The notes beneath the pieces are model-generated. The model had not been told where the DNA came from. It was given only the letters and a program-made list of their open reading frames with translations, and did no database searches. The position numbers and the translations under genes are program-made. Of a DNA stretch of 64,000 bases, positions 63,747 to 64,000 are shown piece by piece. Origin of the DNA: Marsupella aquatica (taxonomy: Eukaryota > Plantae > Marchantiophyta); NCBI GenBank assembly GCA_973895155.1, contig OZ316893.1, positions 20,030,857 to 20,094,856 on the forward strand. The letters are read 5' to 3'. Each line of letters begins with the position of its first letter. Position 1 is the first letter of the stretch.

Positions 63747-64000
63747 TCACCTTGATTATGCTTACGATACCAGGGTTGGAAAGTTGAGCGGTTCTGCAAC
63801 TTACTACTGGTATACAGGGTTGTATTGTAAGGTTACACATCACCTTGAGGTTGGAGCGCTTCTGCAACTCACTACTTATTGAGTGCACTAATGATACCAT
63901 AGCCTGATGCTTGTGCAACAAATCTCAAGGTGAAAAAAAAGACAAATTTCAAGGTGAAAAAAAAGTCAAGGTGTGAAAAAATGTGAAGGAGAGAAAAGAT

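Overview
Eukaryotic, land-plant nuclear DNA; gene style suggests a bryophyte, probably a liverwort, but that is inference. Four protein genes can be reconstructed by hand. (1) A TRM/LONGIFOLIA-family gene (+, 5 coding exons, ~1395 aa). (2) An MscS-like MSL channel (-, 5 coding exons, ~1264 aa, very long N-terminus). (3) An intronless F-box protein (-, ~465 aa). (4) 60S ribosomal protein RPL15 (-, 3 exons, 204 aa). RNA genes: tRNA-Ala(UGC) and a double-guide box C/D snoRNA of the U80/snR60 type. The snoRNA lies about 770 bp downstream of the RPL15 stop on the same strand, apparently inside an intron of an unannotated multi-exon non-coding or RPL15 read-through transcript; this is the most interesting system here. 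The first ~22 kb and 45.8-51 kb are repeat-rich. They hold an internally deleted Ty1/copia element with both LTRs, several related solo LTRs, hAT-type MITEs (one with a perfect 8-bp TSD) and tRNA-derived SINE-like remnants. There are also two copies of a Helentron/Helitron2-like non-autonomous element, one in the RPL15 promoter beside a paralogous empty site. All alignments were done by eye; no database searches were run.
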